Positions 1-8,615 of a stretch of DNA of 64,000 nt are shown piece by piece. The number at the start of each line of letters is the position of its first letter. Position 1 is the stretch's first letter. Under the pieces are notes generated by a model. It had not been told where the DNA came from and did not search any database. It saw only the letters and a program-made list of their open reading frames with translations. The translations under genes were made by a program, and so were the position numbers. The DNA is from Candidatus Poribacteria bacterium (GTDB taxonomy: Bacteria > Poribacteria > WGA-4E > WGA-3G), in NCBI GenBank assembly GCA_026706025.1, contig JAPOZO010000087.1, positions 15,522 to 79,521 of the forward strand, in the 5' to 3' direction.

Positions 1-96
1 GGAGGTGTGGTAAATCGGCTCAAGTATTGTTTGGATGGCGACTATCGCCGCAATGACGATAAGCACAATCCCTATAAATCGCTTGAACGCTTCCAT
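1..96 (-). CDS. 5' end of a gene for a small hydrophobic (membrane) protein that continues beyond the left edge
   Basis: The ATG is at 96-94 on the complement, 7 nt after GGAGA (complement of 104-108). The translation MEAFKRFIGIVLIVIAAIVAIQTILEPIYHTS looks like a TM helix. It is truncated by the window edge, so it is absent from the ORF track. Confidence 0.3.
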   Translation of the reverse strand, partial: MEAFKRFIGIVLIVIAAIVAIQTILEPIYHTS

Positions 97-401
97 GAAA
101 ATTTCTCCTTATTCCCTGATTGGGTCCAGTTAAATCCTACTCCAAGACGAAATTGGAAATAGCATTATTAATGGATGAAGTTTGAGGTTTTTAGCCTCTC
201 GTTAACGAAACAAGAAATTACCTTACACTTCTTAAAGTGGAAAAATTTGTCACATTCTCCTGCATTGTACATTTTACAACATAAAAAGTCAATCTTTTTT
301 ACGAAAAAGTATATTATGGTTGTTTAAGTCGCGGATGATAGCGTTAGAAAAAAATAGGAGAGCGTGAGAACAACACTTTGCGGTGATTGTCTTATTTTAT
401 C

Positions 402-1325
402 TTAGGCGGAAATAAATGTTCTAATTTCTGCGGCATGCTTCTCAAAATCGCGATCGGCAAGAGATTTGAGGTTGTCTGACTGCGTAAGGGTATCTATCTC
501 CCAGCGATCGATTTCTGGATTGACGCGTAAATAATTGCCCTTTAGCAACAGTTTCGTTGCATGTGCGGATGCTTGGGCTTGCAATGTCATCACGTAGGAG
601 GTTAGTTTCGCGCCACCCCATCCGGTGAGAAATCCCCAACCCCGTCTTTGTTGGTACATGTTCACCGAGTGTCCTGTGCCGATGGATAGCATCCGAATCT
701 CTTGCGGGGCTTTTCTAAATACTGAGAGTGCCTCTGTGGCGGCAATTGCGGAAGGATTGTTTGCCCATAAGCAGCCGTCTGCTAACAAGAGGTTGTCAAC
801 GGACTTTGGGGCAAAAAATGTGGGTGCAGCACAAGAAGCGAGGATAGCATCTCGTAAACAGACCCCTTGATTTGTAGGAGCGATTTCCGAATCGAGACTT
901 CCATAATTGGACCTAAAAATGTGAACTTCACTTTTGGTGATCTCTGAGCTTGTTATCATCAACGGCGTTGCTATTTCACCGAGAGGCGTTGCGGGAATAT
1001 GCTTGGCGATAACCTTGGCGAGTTGTTCGCTTGGATATTTGCTGAGGAACAACGGGATGCGATACCATCTCCTTCGGAAGATGTGTGGTGTCTCGGTATC
1101 AAAAAGTTCAACGATATCCACCATCGGGATGTCGGAGACAGCAGCACCGGCGATGATGGCACCTGTACTTGTTCCAGCAATGAGATCGAAACAGGTTTTG
1201 ATCCGCGTTCCAAAAACCTCTTCAATTTTAGCGAGAAGTTGGGCGGTGTACATGCCGCGGGTGCCTCCGCCATCTAATGCGAGGATATGAAAAGTGTCTG
1301 TGTTTTTCATTGATTGTCTATTCAT
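402..1325 (-). CDS. Patatin-like phospholipase (cytoplasmic, intact Ser-Asp dyad)
   Basis: It has the oxyanion motif DGGGTRG, the nucleophile motif GTSTG (GxSxG) and the catalytic Asp in ADGCLWANNP. The ATG at 1325 overlaps the upstream stop codon by 8 nt; an alternative ATG lies at 1310. The track ORF is 402..1361. Confidence 0.85.
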   Translation of the reverse strand: MNRQSMKNTDTFHILALDGGGTRGMYTAQLLAKIEEVFGTRIKTCFDLIAGTSTGAIIAGAAVSDIPMVDIVELFDTETPHIFRRRWYRIPLFLSKYPSEQLAKVIAKHIPATPLGEIATPLMITSSEITKSEVHIFRSNYGSLDSEIAPTNQGVCLRDAILASCAAPTFFAPKSVDNLLLADGCLWANNPSAIAATEALSVFRKAPQEIRMLSIGTGHSVNMYQQRRGWGFLTGWGGAKLTSYVMTLQAQASAHATKLLLKGNYLRVNPEIDRWEIDTLTQSDNLKSLADRDFEKHAAEIRTFISA

Positions 1326-2322
1326 CACCCTCGTCTTCAGGAGGTTCCCAGTCATCAGCATTAAGTGCTTTTACGCGGGGTCGGAAGACCTCGTCGAACT
1401 TTTCGAGATTTGAAGCAAGCCATTCATGTTGATTTTGCCAATCGACCTCGTTTGCTGGATCTGTATCCCTTTTGGAAAATAACACTAAACTTTGCTTACC
1501 TTCAGGTAACTTTTTCCATTCAAGTGAGATGCCAAGTTCGTCCTCAATTTCCTGCTGCTGCTGCTCCTTCAACAAATCGAAATGCTTTTTAGCGTCCATT
1601 CCGAGCATGAAGAGTATAATAGCAATAAAGTTGTCTCTTGAGTTCTGTCGTGCGACTAATCCGAAATTGCCGCGCCCTATGCTGAAACCTTGGTCGCCCC
1701 AGTGTCCTAATTTGCCCCATTTAATCGGCGTATCCTTCTGAATCATGTAATCGCGTAATTTGGACCAGTACTTTTGCTTCAGTCGTTGGGCTTCGGAAAG
1801 ATCTTTGTCCTCAAAGCCTCGTGTTTCGCGACTCACCGTACGACTCCAATTGTTGGGGCTGGAAACGATCTCAAACTGTGGGGCGCGAGCGGAATTTCCA
1901 ACAATTTGCCATACCTTAATTTTTATCCCGAAGTACTGGAAACTTTCGTTTGTAATTTCATTTAACCGATCAAGCGCGGCACGGTGTTCTTCTCGAAACT
2001 CCTTTGCAATCCAGACAACTGTCCGGGCATCCAATCCAGCTGCATACGTCAAAAGTTGACCGAGGTGAGGGTGGTCGGTTCTCGTTAATTGGTTTTCAAT
2101 CAGCACCCGCGAACCATCTACTGTATTTCTGCACAGGATATCCGCCCGGAAATTTCCAACAGGCAATTCTTGTCCTTCAAATTCAAGTTCCATACCGAGT
2201 GTTTCACCAAGTTGTTTGAGGTTTTCCTCCTCCGCTAACCACGGTGTAAAGTCGCCCGGCTCGTTCTCCCATACTTTATCAAGTTCAACGGATTGAAGAT
2301 AATCTAATTCTACTTTAGGCAT
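1318..2322 (-). CDS. PD-(D/E)xK nuclease-fold N-terminal domain plus DUF4268-like C-terminal domain protein
   Basis: FRADILC...VLIENQL gives a D...E-x-Q nuclease signature, followed by HLGQLLTYAAG. The C-terminal half resembles DUF4268 from memory. AAGGAG (complement of 2332-2337) lies 9 nt before the ATG at 2322. The track ORF extends to 2367. Confidence 0.6.
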   Translation of the reverse strand: MPKVELDYLQSVELDKVWENEPGDFTPWLAEEENLKQLGETLGMELEFEGQELPVGNFRADILCRNTVDGSRVLIENQLTRTDHPHLGQLLTYAAGLDARTVVWIAKEFREEHRAALDRLNEITNESFQYFGIKIKVWQIVGNSARAPQFEIVSSPNNWSRTVSRETRGFEDKDLSEAQRLKQKYWSKLRDYMIQKDTPIKWGKLGHWGDQGFSIGRGNFGLVARQNSRDNFIAIILFMLGMDAKKHFDLLKEQQQQEIEDELGISLEWKKLPEGKQSLVLFSKRDTDPANEVDWQNQHEWLASNLEKFDEVFRPRVKALNADDWEPPEDEGDE

Positions 2323-2355
2323 AAAGCATTTCTCCTTCGTAGCAATACTGTAATC

Positions 2356-2384
2356 AACATACCACATCTCTTTACCAAAATCAA
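2356..2384 (-). promoter_or_regulatory. Candidate sigma-70 promoter for the nuclease-fold/patatin operon
   Basis: On the minus strand: TTGATT (2384-2379), a 17-nt spacer, then TATGTT (2361-2356). Confidence 0.4.
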
Positions 2385-2396
2385 CTGAATTTTATA

Positions 2397-2425
2397 TTGA
2401 CACAAACCTAAAATCCTGCTAAAAT
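2397..2425 (+). promoter_or_regulatory. Sigma-70 promoter of the SOD / Mo-enzyme unit
   Basis: TTGACA (2397-2402), a 17-nt spacer, then TAAAAT (2420-2425). AAGGAG at 2446-2451 precedes the ATG at 2457. Confidence 0.6.
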
Positions 2426-2456
2426 CCTATTCAAAACAGCAGGACAAGGAGAAATT

Positions 2457-3179
2457 ATGAATCGTAGAAATTTTTTAATTCAGGGAAGCACTGCAGTGGC
2501 AGGGCTGCTTCTTGCAAACAGTCCGCTGCGCCTTTACGCAGACCACCACGAGCATGCACATAGCCATGGCCATGCGCTGCCAAAACTCCCGTACCCACAC
2601 GATGCGCTTGAACCTCACATTGACAAACGCACGATGGAGATCCATCACGGAAAACACCACCAAGGCTATGTTAATAAACTCAATGCAGCGATTGCGCATC
2701 ATCACGATTTGGAGCACCTCTCGATTGAGGTACTGCTTCGGAATATTGATAAAGTGCCGAAGGACATCCGTCAAGCCGTTATCAACAGTGGCGGCGGACA
2801 CGCCAATCACACGCTCTTCTGGAGCATTATGGTTCCCGGTGGTAGCGAACCCACAGGGAAAGTCGCGGAGGCGATTCAATCCACATTCGGTTCATTCGAT
2901 GCTGGTAGCGAGATGTTCACCAAAGCCGCGAAAACGCATTTCGGGTCAGGGTGGGCATGGCTTGTCGTTGATGATAAGAAGAAGTTGCAAATCTATTCGA
3001 CATCGAATCAGGATAGTCCTTTGATGAAGGGACATACGCCTATCCTCGGTCTTGATGTCTGGGAACATGCCTATTATCTCAACTATCAGAACCGGCGCGC
3101 CGATTATGTTGATGCTTGGGGTAAGGTCGTCAATTGGAAACAGGTTAATGCCAACTATATGGCGGCGATGAAGGCTTAA
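2457..3179 (+). CDS. Fe/Mn-family superoxide dismutase with Tat signal peptide and His-rich spacer
   Basis: The N-terminus carries the twin-arginine signal [20 protein letters not shown]. It has the family motifs [23 protein letters not shown] and DVWEHAYYL. The stretch [10 protein letters not shown] follows the signal peptide. Confidence 0.9.
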   Translation: MNRRNFLIQGSTAVAGLLLANSPLRLYADHHEHAHSHGHALPKLPYPHDALEPHIDKRTMEIHHGKHHQGYVNKLNAAIAHHHDLEHLSIEVLLRNIDKVPKDIRQAVINSGGGHANHTLFWSIMVPGGSEPTGKVAEAIQSTFGSFDAGSEMFTKAAKTHFGSGWAWLVVDDKKKLQIYSTSNQDSPLMKGHTPILGLDVWEHAYYLNYQNRRADYVDAWGKVVNWKQVNANYMAAMKA

Positions 3180-3209
3180 GCCACGTCTACCGAAAAATGA
3201 GGAGTCACC

Positions 3210-4340
3210 ATGGAGCGTAGAGATTTTTTGCGACGCAGCGGTTTAACGCTTACAGGACTGCTACTCAGCCCGTGGGCAGTCTATGCCTTCCCCAGTCGTG
3301 AAGGTGAAGTGCTTATACCGTTCACTGATCAGCCGCCACCCTCAGAACGAGTCTTGTTGGATTGGAACGAATTGGATACGTTTATAACACCGAACGCTGA
3401 ATTCTTCAACGTTTCACACTACGGCAAGCCTGAAGTTGATCTCGCGACGTGGAAGTTAGAAGTGAGCGGTTTGGTCGATAATCCGCTGATGCTCGCGATT
3501 GACGACATTAAAGCGCGTCCGCGGCAAGAGGTAACCTTTACGCTCGAATGCTCCGGCAACCACGGATTTCCAACGTTTACTGGGGCAATTGGCAACGCGA
3601 AATGGGCGGGTACACCGCTTGCCCCTATCCTCAAGGAAGCTAACATTCAAGAAGACGGCATTGAGGTAATTTTCTTCGGACACGATGTTGGCGAAGAGGA
3701 ACGGCGAAAGGTCAAGATGCGTCAGAATTTCGCACGCAGTATGTCCGTTGAAGACGCACTGGAAGATACGATGCTTCTCTGCTATGAGATGAACGGGGAA
3801 CCGTTACCACACGACAACGGCGCGCCACTACGCCTGATTGCCCCGGGTTGGTACGGCATCGCATGTGTCAAGTGGCTTAAGCGTATTGAGGTGCGGGATA
3901 CCCGGTATATGGGGAGATTCATGGGACGCGATTATGTCACGATGCGTGAAGAGAAACGTCCCGATGGCGAATCGGTCTGGATGGAGACCTCGGTCGGTAG
4001 GACACAGTTGAAATCGTTAGCAGCGAAAGTAACGCGTATCGGCGACAAGTACCGTATCTACGGTGCGGCGTGGGGCGCGCCTATTGCTACCGTTGAGGTG
4101 AGTATTGATGGCGGCGCATGGCAAAAAGCGACGATTGACCCGGAAGAGAACACGGAATTCGCATGGAAAATCTGGCATCTTAATTGGGATAATCCGCCGA
4201 AGGGTGAACATACTGTCGTCTCCAGAGCGATTGATACGAAGGGGAATATCCAACCCGCTGCAGACTCTGACTACATGACTGGGAAACATACTTATTGGGA
4301 AAGCAACGGTCAGGTTGTCCGTCGGGTCAATATCGAATAG
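3210..4340 (+). CDS. Sulfite-oxidase-family molybdopterin oxidoreductase, Tat-exported
   Basis: The N-terminus is the Tat signal MERRDFLRRSGLTL. The Mo-ligand Cys lies in TFTLECSGNHG. The context APLRLIAPGWYG and a C-terminal Ig-like dimerisation region match the family. GAGGAG precedes the ATG. Confidence 0.8.
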   Translation: MERRDFLRRSGLTLTGLLLSPWAVYAFPSREGEVLIPFTDQPPPSERVLLDWNELDTFITPNAEFFNVSHYGKPEVDLATWKLEVSGLVDNPLMLAIDDIKARPRQEVTFTLECSGNHGFPTFTGAIGNAKWAGTPLAPILKEANIQEDGIEVIFFGHDVGEEERRKVKMRQNFARSMSVEDALEDTMLLCYEMNGEPLPHDNGAPLRLIAPGWYGIACVKWLKRIEVRDTRYMGRFMGRDYVTMREEKRPDGESVWMETSVGRTQLKSLAAKVTRIGDKYRIYGAAWGAPIATVEVSIDGGAWQKATIDPEENTEFAWKIWHLNWDNPPKGEHTVVSRAIDTKGNIQPAADSDYMTGKHTYWESNGQVVRRVNIE

Positions 4341-4412
4341 AAGCCCGAAGGAATCGGGGTTACAAACCCCTCCTACAGTGGAGGGCAGAGCAGAAACTGA
4401 ATAATTAAAAAA

Positions 4413-5192
4413 ATGAATATAACCGATGCACAGAAACAGCAATTCCAAGAGGAAGGCTATTTCATTTTAGAAAATGTTATCCCGGAACCGCTGCTGGAAC
4501 TGCTTCGCGGTGAATGCGGGACCTTTATCAATCAGGCGGATGCTGAGATGGCGCGGCAGGACACAGATGTACTCGGTCTCAACCATCGCGGTAAACGGTA
4601 TTTCGTCTCAAACTGCTTCAGGAGGCAGCCAAAACTCCGCGAATTCCTGTTCAGCGACTTGATGGCAGATGTCTGCCGCGCCACCTTAGGCGATACGGCG
4701 TATCTCTTCTGGGAACAATATGTCGTCAAAGGCGCGGAAGAGGGGATGAAATTCAGTTGGCATCAGGATTCAGGCTACGTCGGTTATCCCGATCACAAAC
4801 CGTATCTCACCTGTTGGTGTGCCCTTGACGATATGTCCGAAGAGAACGGGACAGTCTATGTAATGCCGTTTTCCAACATCGGTATCCGTTCATGGGTAAA
4901 GCACATCCGTGACGATGAAAGCAATGATATGGTGGGCTATTTCGGACCGGAGAAGGGTGTCCCTGCTATCGTACCTGCGGGGAGCATTGTGGCGTTTACG
5001 AGTGTCAACTTCCACTGCAGCGGGACGAACTACACGAATAATCTGCGGCGTGCCTACCTCGCACAGTATTCCGCTGAGCCTCTTCTCTCACATGATGGGA
5101 GTCGTTTGTGGGGCAATGCGGAACCGTTGTTGCGGGATGGAAAGTCTGCTGTAGGAGAACCGCCGCCGGAGATTACGTCGCGGTTTGATTAG
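4413..5192 (+). CDS. Phytanoyl-CoA dioxygenase (PhyH) family Fe(II)/2-oxoglutarate oxygenase
   Basis: WHQDSGY supplies the HxD iron ligands, and FHCSGTN supplies the distal His. The length of about 260 aa is typical of the family. Confidence 0.7.
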   Translation: MNITDAQKQQFQEEGYFILENVIPEPLLELLRGECGTFINQADAEMARQDTDVLGLNHRGKRYFVSNCFRRQPKLREFLFSDLMADVCRATLGDTAYLFWEQYVVKGAEEGMKFSWHQDSGYVGYPDHKPYLTCWCALDDMSEENGTVYVMPFSNIGIRSWVKHIRDDESNDMVGYFGPEKGVPAIVPAGSIVAFTSVNFHCSGTNYTNNLRRAYLAQYSAEPLLSHDGSRLWGNAEPLLRDGKSAVGEPPPEITSRFD

Positions 5193-5217
5193 GATAGATT
5201 GTGAGGAAATTTGTTCT

Positions 5218-6585
5218 CTACTCGGTGTTGTTAAGTTTTTCAAGCGATTGCTCAATCTCGATTTTGAGGTCTTGGTCGTCGGTTTCCTCTGCTAATTCCA
5301 AGGCTTTCTGGTAATCGGCTTTTGCTTCCAGCGTTTTGCCTAAAAGACGATAGGCTTCGCCTCGTGTATGGTAGGCTTCCGCCAAATCAGGATTTCTCCG
5401 AATCGCTTCCTCACAGTCCGTAAGCGCAGACTGGTATCTACCTAATTCTATTCTTGCACTACCTCGCAAAAAATGGACATACGCTGCCTCTGGATTGAGT
5501 TGAAGACTTTCATCAAAATCAGTAATCCCAGCCTCATAGCGTTCTAATGCTACCTTCGCACGCCCCCGTATGAAATAGGCATATGCATCATCTGGTTTGA
5601 GCTGGATACCTTCATTAAAATCGGCAATTGTATCCTCATAGAACCGTAGTGTGTATTTTGAATAGCCGCGCAGGAAGTAGGCTATATACATTACGGAGTC
5701 GTCTATATTCAGTTGGATACTTGCATCAAAGTCAGCAACCGCGGATTCATAGCGATTCAGTGTGACTTTTGTGAAGCCTCGTAAGAAGTAAGCTTTGGCA
5801 AAATCCGGTGCGAGTCGAAGCGTCTCATCAAAATCGGCAATCTCAGACTCATGTTGACCTAATGCTCCTTTCGCTATCCCACGATTGTAGTAAGCATGCG
5901 CATACTTCGGATTCAGATGTATCGCTTGGTTGTAAGCGTAAATTGCTTTCTCTTCCCTATTTCCTTCCAAAAGAGAGTTACCGATGGAGAAAAACGCCTC
6001 TGCGGCAAGTGTATTTATAGGTTTCTTTGATACCTTTGTAGAATTATCCTTGCACTCCTTATCCTTTGTGTCTTTTGGCTTTACACCCTCCATTAGTTCG
6101 GGGAATAGGTCTGTCAATTTTGGAAAGTGTTTGTCCTCATATTGTGAGGTGAGGGTACCGATGAAATCCATCAATGGTGCCAAGGAATGCTCTTCATCAT
6201 CACCAACCACATAAATCAACTCTTTCAGTACGGCATCAAGTTGTTCATAGTCAACTTCGGTCAGTGCAGCAAAGTCGTTGTTTACGTTCCGACTCACTAT
6301 ATCGGTTAACGCCTCAAGTACCTCTACAAGCCATTGGTAGTCGTTTTCGGGGTACGGACCAAATTCAACCTGTTCTTGTTCCGATGCCTTTATTGGTTCG
6401 GAAGCAGGTATTGGAACTTCAGGAACGATTTTCCACATCAGGGTTTGTAGATGCTCAGAACTGAACTCAGCAATTGTTTGCTTTTGGAAGAACGCGCTAA
6501 TATCCGTTTTCTCAAGCAAGGCATTAAGTTCCATAGAAATTGGTGTTGACGATGTATGTTGTGTAGGTGGTCTTTCAGTTAACAT
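5218..6585 (-). CDS. HigA-like N-terminal region fused to a TPR array of about 7 repeats (no HTH recognised)
   Basis: The gene starts 3 nt after the higB stop codon. Residues around 95-150 (VDYEQLDAVLKELIYVVGDDEEHSLAPLMDFIGTLTSQYEDKHFP) resemble the HigA N-terminal segment. The C-terminal 250 aa are canonical TPRs (AIYAYNQAIHLNPKYAHAYYNRG and similar). Confidence 0.6.
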   Translation of the reverse strand: MLTERPPTQHTSSTPISMELNALLEKTDISAFFQKQTIAEFSSEHLQTLMWKIVPEVPIPASEPIKASEQEQVEFGPYPENDYQWLVEVLEALTDIVSRNVNNDFAALTEVDYEQLDAVLKELIYVVGDDEEHSLAPLMDFIGTLTSQYEDKHFPKLTDLFPELMEGVKPKDTKDKECKDNSTKVSKKPINTLAAEAFFSIGNSLLEGNREEKAIYAYNQAIHLNPKYAHAYYNRGIAKGALGQHESEIADFDETLRLAPDFAKAYFLRGFTKVTLNRYESAVADFDASIQLNIDDSVMYIAYFLRGYSKYTLRFYEDTIADFNEGIQLKPDDAYAYFIRGRAKVALERYEAGITDFDESLQLNPEAAYVHFLRGSARIELGRYQSALTDCEEAIRRNPDLAEAYHTRGEAYRLLGKTLEAKADYQKALELAEETDDQDLKIEIEQSLEKLNNTE

Positions 6586-6588
6586 GGT

Positions 6589-6909
6589 TCACTTTCTCCA
6601 ATTTCCTGTATCGTATTCGTCGTGCGTTAGCACCTGATCAATAATCACGACCTGTTTCGTATATTGTACAACCGCAATGAGACGGGCATCATTGCCACTA
6701 ATGTTGAAAACTGTTAATGTTATTGAATCGCGATTAAATCTTTTGGGGCGTACCTTTACTGGTGAAACGCGTCCGAACGTTTCACGCAACTCAATAATTG
6801 ACTTGAAACTTCCTGCTCTTATCAATTGTGCCCAATGGTTGAGGGAGGCACGAATATTCGGATGTCGCTCTGCAAATTTCACCAACTCATTTTCTCTAAC
6901 AATTCGCAT
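6589..6909 (-). CDS. higB: Type II toxin HigB (RelE-fold mRNA interferase, YgjN type)
   Basis: VFNISGNDARLIAVVQYTKQVVIIDQVLTHDEYD matches the HigB_toxin family core as I remember it. The ATG at 6909 (MRIVRENEL...) gives about 106 aa. The track ORF extends to 6942. Confidence 0.8.
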   Translation of the reverse strand: MRIVRENELVKFAERHPNIRASLNHWAQLIRAGSFKSIIELRETFGRVSPVKVRPKRFNRDSITLTVFNISGNDARLIAVVQYTKQVVIIDQVLTHDEYDTGNWRK

Positions 6910-7033
6910 AAAACATCCGTATAGTATGTCTGTTGTATTCAAAGACTGTTTCAGTTTTTGAAAGGTTGGCAGAGAATCCGCAGACAGTCAGGTTATAATT
7001 ATCTCATTAAATCTGTGCTATGAAACAGCGAAT

Positions 7034-7063
7034 ATTATACCACACGAAAACTTAAATCGTAAA
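7034..7063 (-). promoter_or_regulatory. Sigma-70 promoter for the higB operon
   Basis: On the minus strand: TTTACG (7063-7058), an 18-nt spacer ending in TGg, then TATAAT (7039-7034). Confidence 0.5.
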
Positions 7064-7101
7064 AGAAATTGCCTTAATAGAATAGCACGCTCAAGTTGCT
7101 C

Positions 7102-8400
7102 CTATTCATCTTCGGAGAGTTTGCCGTTAACATTACTAACGGGATGACGACTGAAACTTGTTAAATAGTTTCCAATCTTATCTTGGATATCCCGCGCGGG
7201 GATAGCAGAACCGACGTAGTGGCTGATGAGGATACCGAATGCAAAGACCTCACCATCTGCCGTGGTCGTGTAGCCAGCAAGCGCAGAGACACCACTCAAC
7301 GTCCCTGTTTTCGCACGTAATATCCTTTCAGCATATACGCCTTGCATCCGACTGCTTAAGGTGCCATCAACACCAGCAATCGGGAGCGATGCCACATACT
7401 CCGGCATCAACTCAAAATTCTGATACATATAGACGAGCAACTGCGTGAGCAATTCGGCGTTGAGGAGATTATAGCGAGAGAGTCCAGAACCATCAACAAA
7501 CCGATGCGCTGATGGTTCACCCATGATTTCTTCTAAGAATTCATTGACAGCATCTCTCCCTTTTTGCCATGTGCCGGGTTCACCCATCACTTCAGCACCT
7601 ATCGTTTTGAAAAGCAGTTCGGCGATCCAATTGTCGCTCGGTTTGTTCATTAATTTGATGATATCGGCGAGTGGCGGCGATAAGTGTTTGGCAACCGTAC
7701 GCGCATCTAATGGCACTGTGCCGGGGACAACATCACCTGTCACCTCAATACCTTTCTCTATGAGTTCGTTTTTCAGTAGATAACCGCATGCAAGGGCTCT
7801 GCTCCTTGTACCCGGTTCCGGTTCTATTTGTCTGATGCTTAAAGCACTAATCCGAAGCTGCCTATCGTCCCACATCCATCCGGGACCTTCCCGAACAGTA
7901 TCGAGGTATGTTGTATCAACGACAATGTCACCTTGTATCGATTTCAAGCCAGTTTCAAGCAACGTATCGACCAATTTCATTATATCAATCGGTTGAAGCA
8001 CTGGGTCGGCTCTGCCTTTGAGGTAGATGTCTCCGACCACTTGTGTATCCGCATCCGCATCGATGTAGACAGTCGTTTCAAACTGGTAGTCTGATCCGAG
8101 TTTTGCCAAGGCGGTTGCTGCCGTGAAGAGTTTTGTTGTGGAGGCAGGATGGTGGAGTTTGTAGGGGTTCTTTTCATAAACGACCTCCCCTGTTTTGACA
8201 GCGACAACTTTTATACCGACACTTGCTGTTGTGAACAACGTTTCCTGCAAAACGGCATCAATATCGGTGTGTAGTGTTTCGAGCGGGTCTATAGAAGCTG
8301 TTGGTAACGGGGGCGCAATGGGTTTCGGTTTTGACACCAACATTCCGCAACCTGGAAACAACAACGCAACGCAAATGAGTAAAATAGCATAGTTTTTCAT
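7102..8400 (-). CDS. dacB: D-alanyl-D-alanine carboxypeptidase/endopeptidase, PBP4 family (peptidase S13)
   Basis: All three PBP motifs are present: SxxK as ASTTK, SxN as PSDN, and KTG as KTGTL. The N-terminal signal is MKNYAILLICVALLFPGC. The track ORF extends to 8421. Confidence 0.85.
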   Translation of the reverse strand: MKNYAILLICVALLFPGCGMLVSKPKPIAPPLPTASIDPLETLHTDIDAVLQETLFTTASVGIKVVAVKTGEVVYEKNPYKLHHPASTTKLFTAATALAKLGSDYQFETTVYIDADADTQVVGDIYLKGRADPVLQPIDIMKLVDTLLETGLKSIQGDIVVDTTYLDTVREGPGWMWDDRQLRISALSIRQIEPEPGTRSRALACGYLLKNELIEKGIEVTGDVVPGTVPLDARTVAKHLSPPLADIIKLMNKPSDNWIAELLFKTIGAEVMGEPGTWQKGRDAVNEFLEEIMGEPSAHRFVDGSGLSRYNLLNAELLTQLLVYMYQNFELMPEYVASLPIAGVDGTLSSRMQGVYAERILRAKTGTLSGVSALAGYTTTADGEVFAFGILISHYVGSAIPARDIQDKIGNYLTSFSRHPVSNVNGKLSEDE

Positions 8401-8467
8401 GATGGTTAAATGATAACACAATTATGTGGATTATGAAAGAGAAACATGTCGTAGAACTACAAATATC

Positions 8468-8496
8468 TTGACTTTTGCCCTAAAATGTGATAGAAT
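8468..8496 (+). promoter_or_regulatory. Sigma-70 promoter of cimA
   Basis: TTGACT (8468-8473), a 17-nt spacer, then TAGAAT (8491-8496). Confidence 0.6.
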
Positions 8497-8615
8497 TTCA
8501 GTAACAATTAAACGGGTATTGCTACTAAAAGGAGACACCAAATTTTGGCGTTGTAGGGCAAAGTTTGCAAGCCCATATTCAAAAGCGCGAGCCAAAACTT
8601 ACAGTGAAGAATAAC

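Noticed and set aside
4356-4385. Two mutually exclusive hairpins (GGGGTT/AACCCC and CCCTCC/GGAGGG) after the Mo-enzyme gene, considered as a terminator or attenuator
   Set aside because: No U-run follows either stem. The stems are short (6 bp) and could arise by chance in a C/G-rich patch.
8545-8556. Leader peptide or attenuator upstream of cimA
   Set aside because: The mini-ORF after an AAGGAG is only TTG-GCG-TTG-TAG (3 codons). It has no Ile/Leu run, and no alternative terminator/antiterminator pair is visible.
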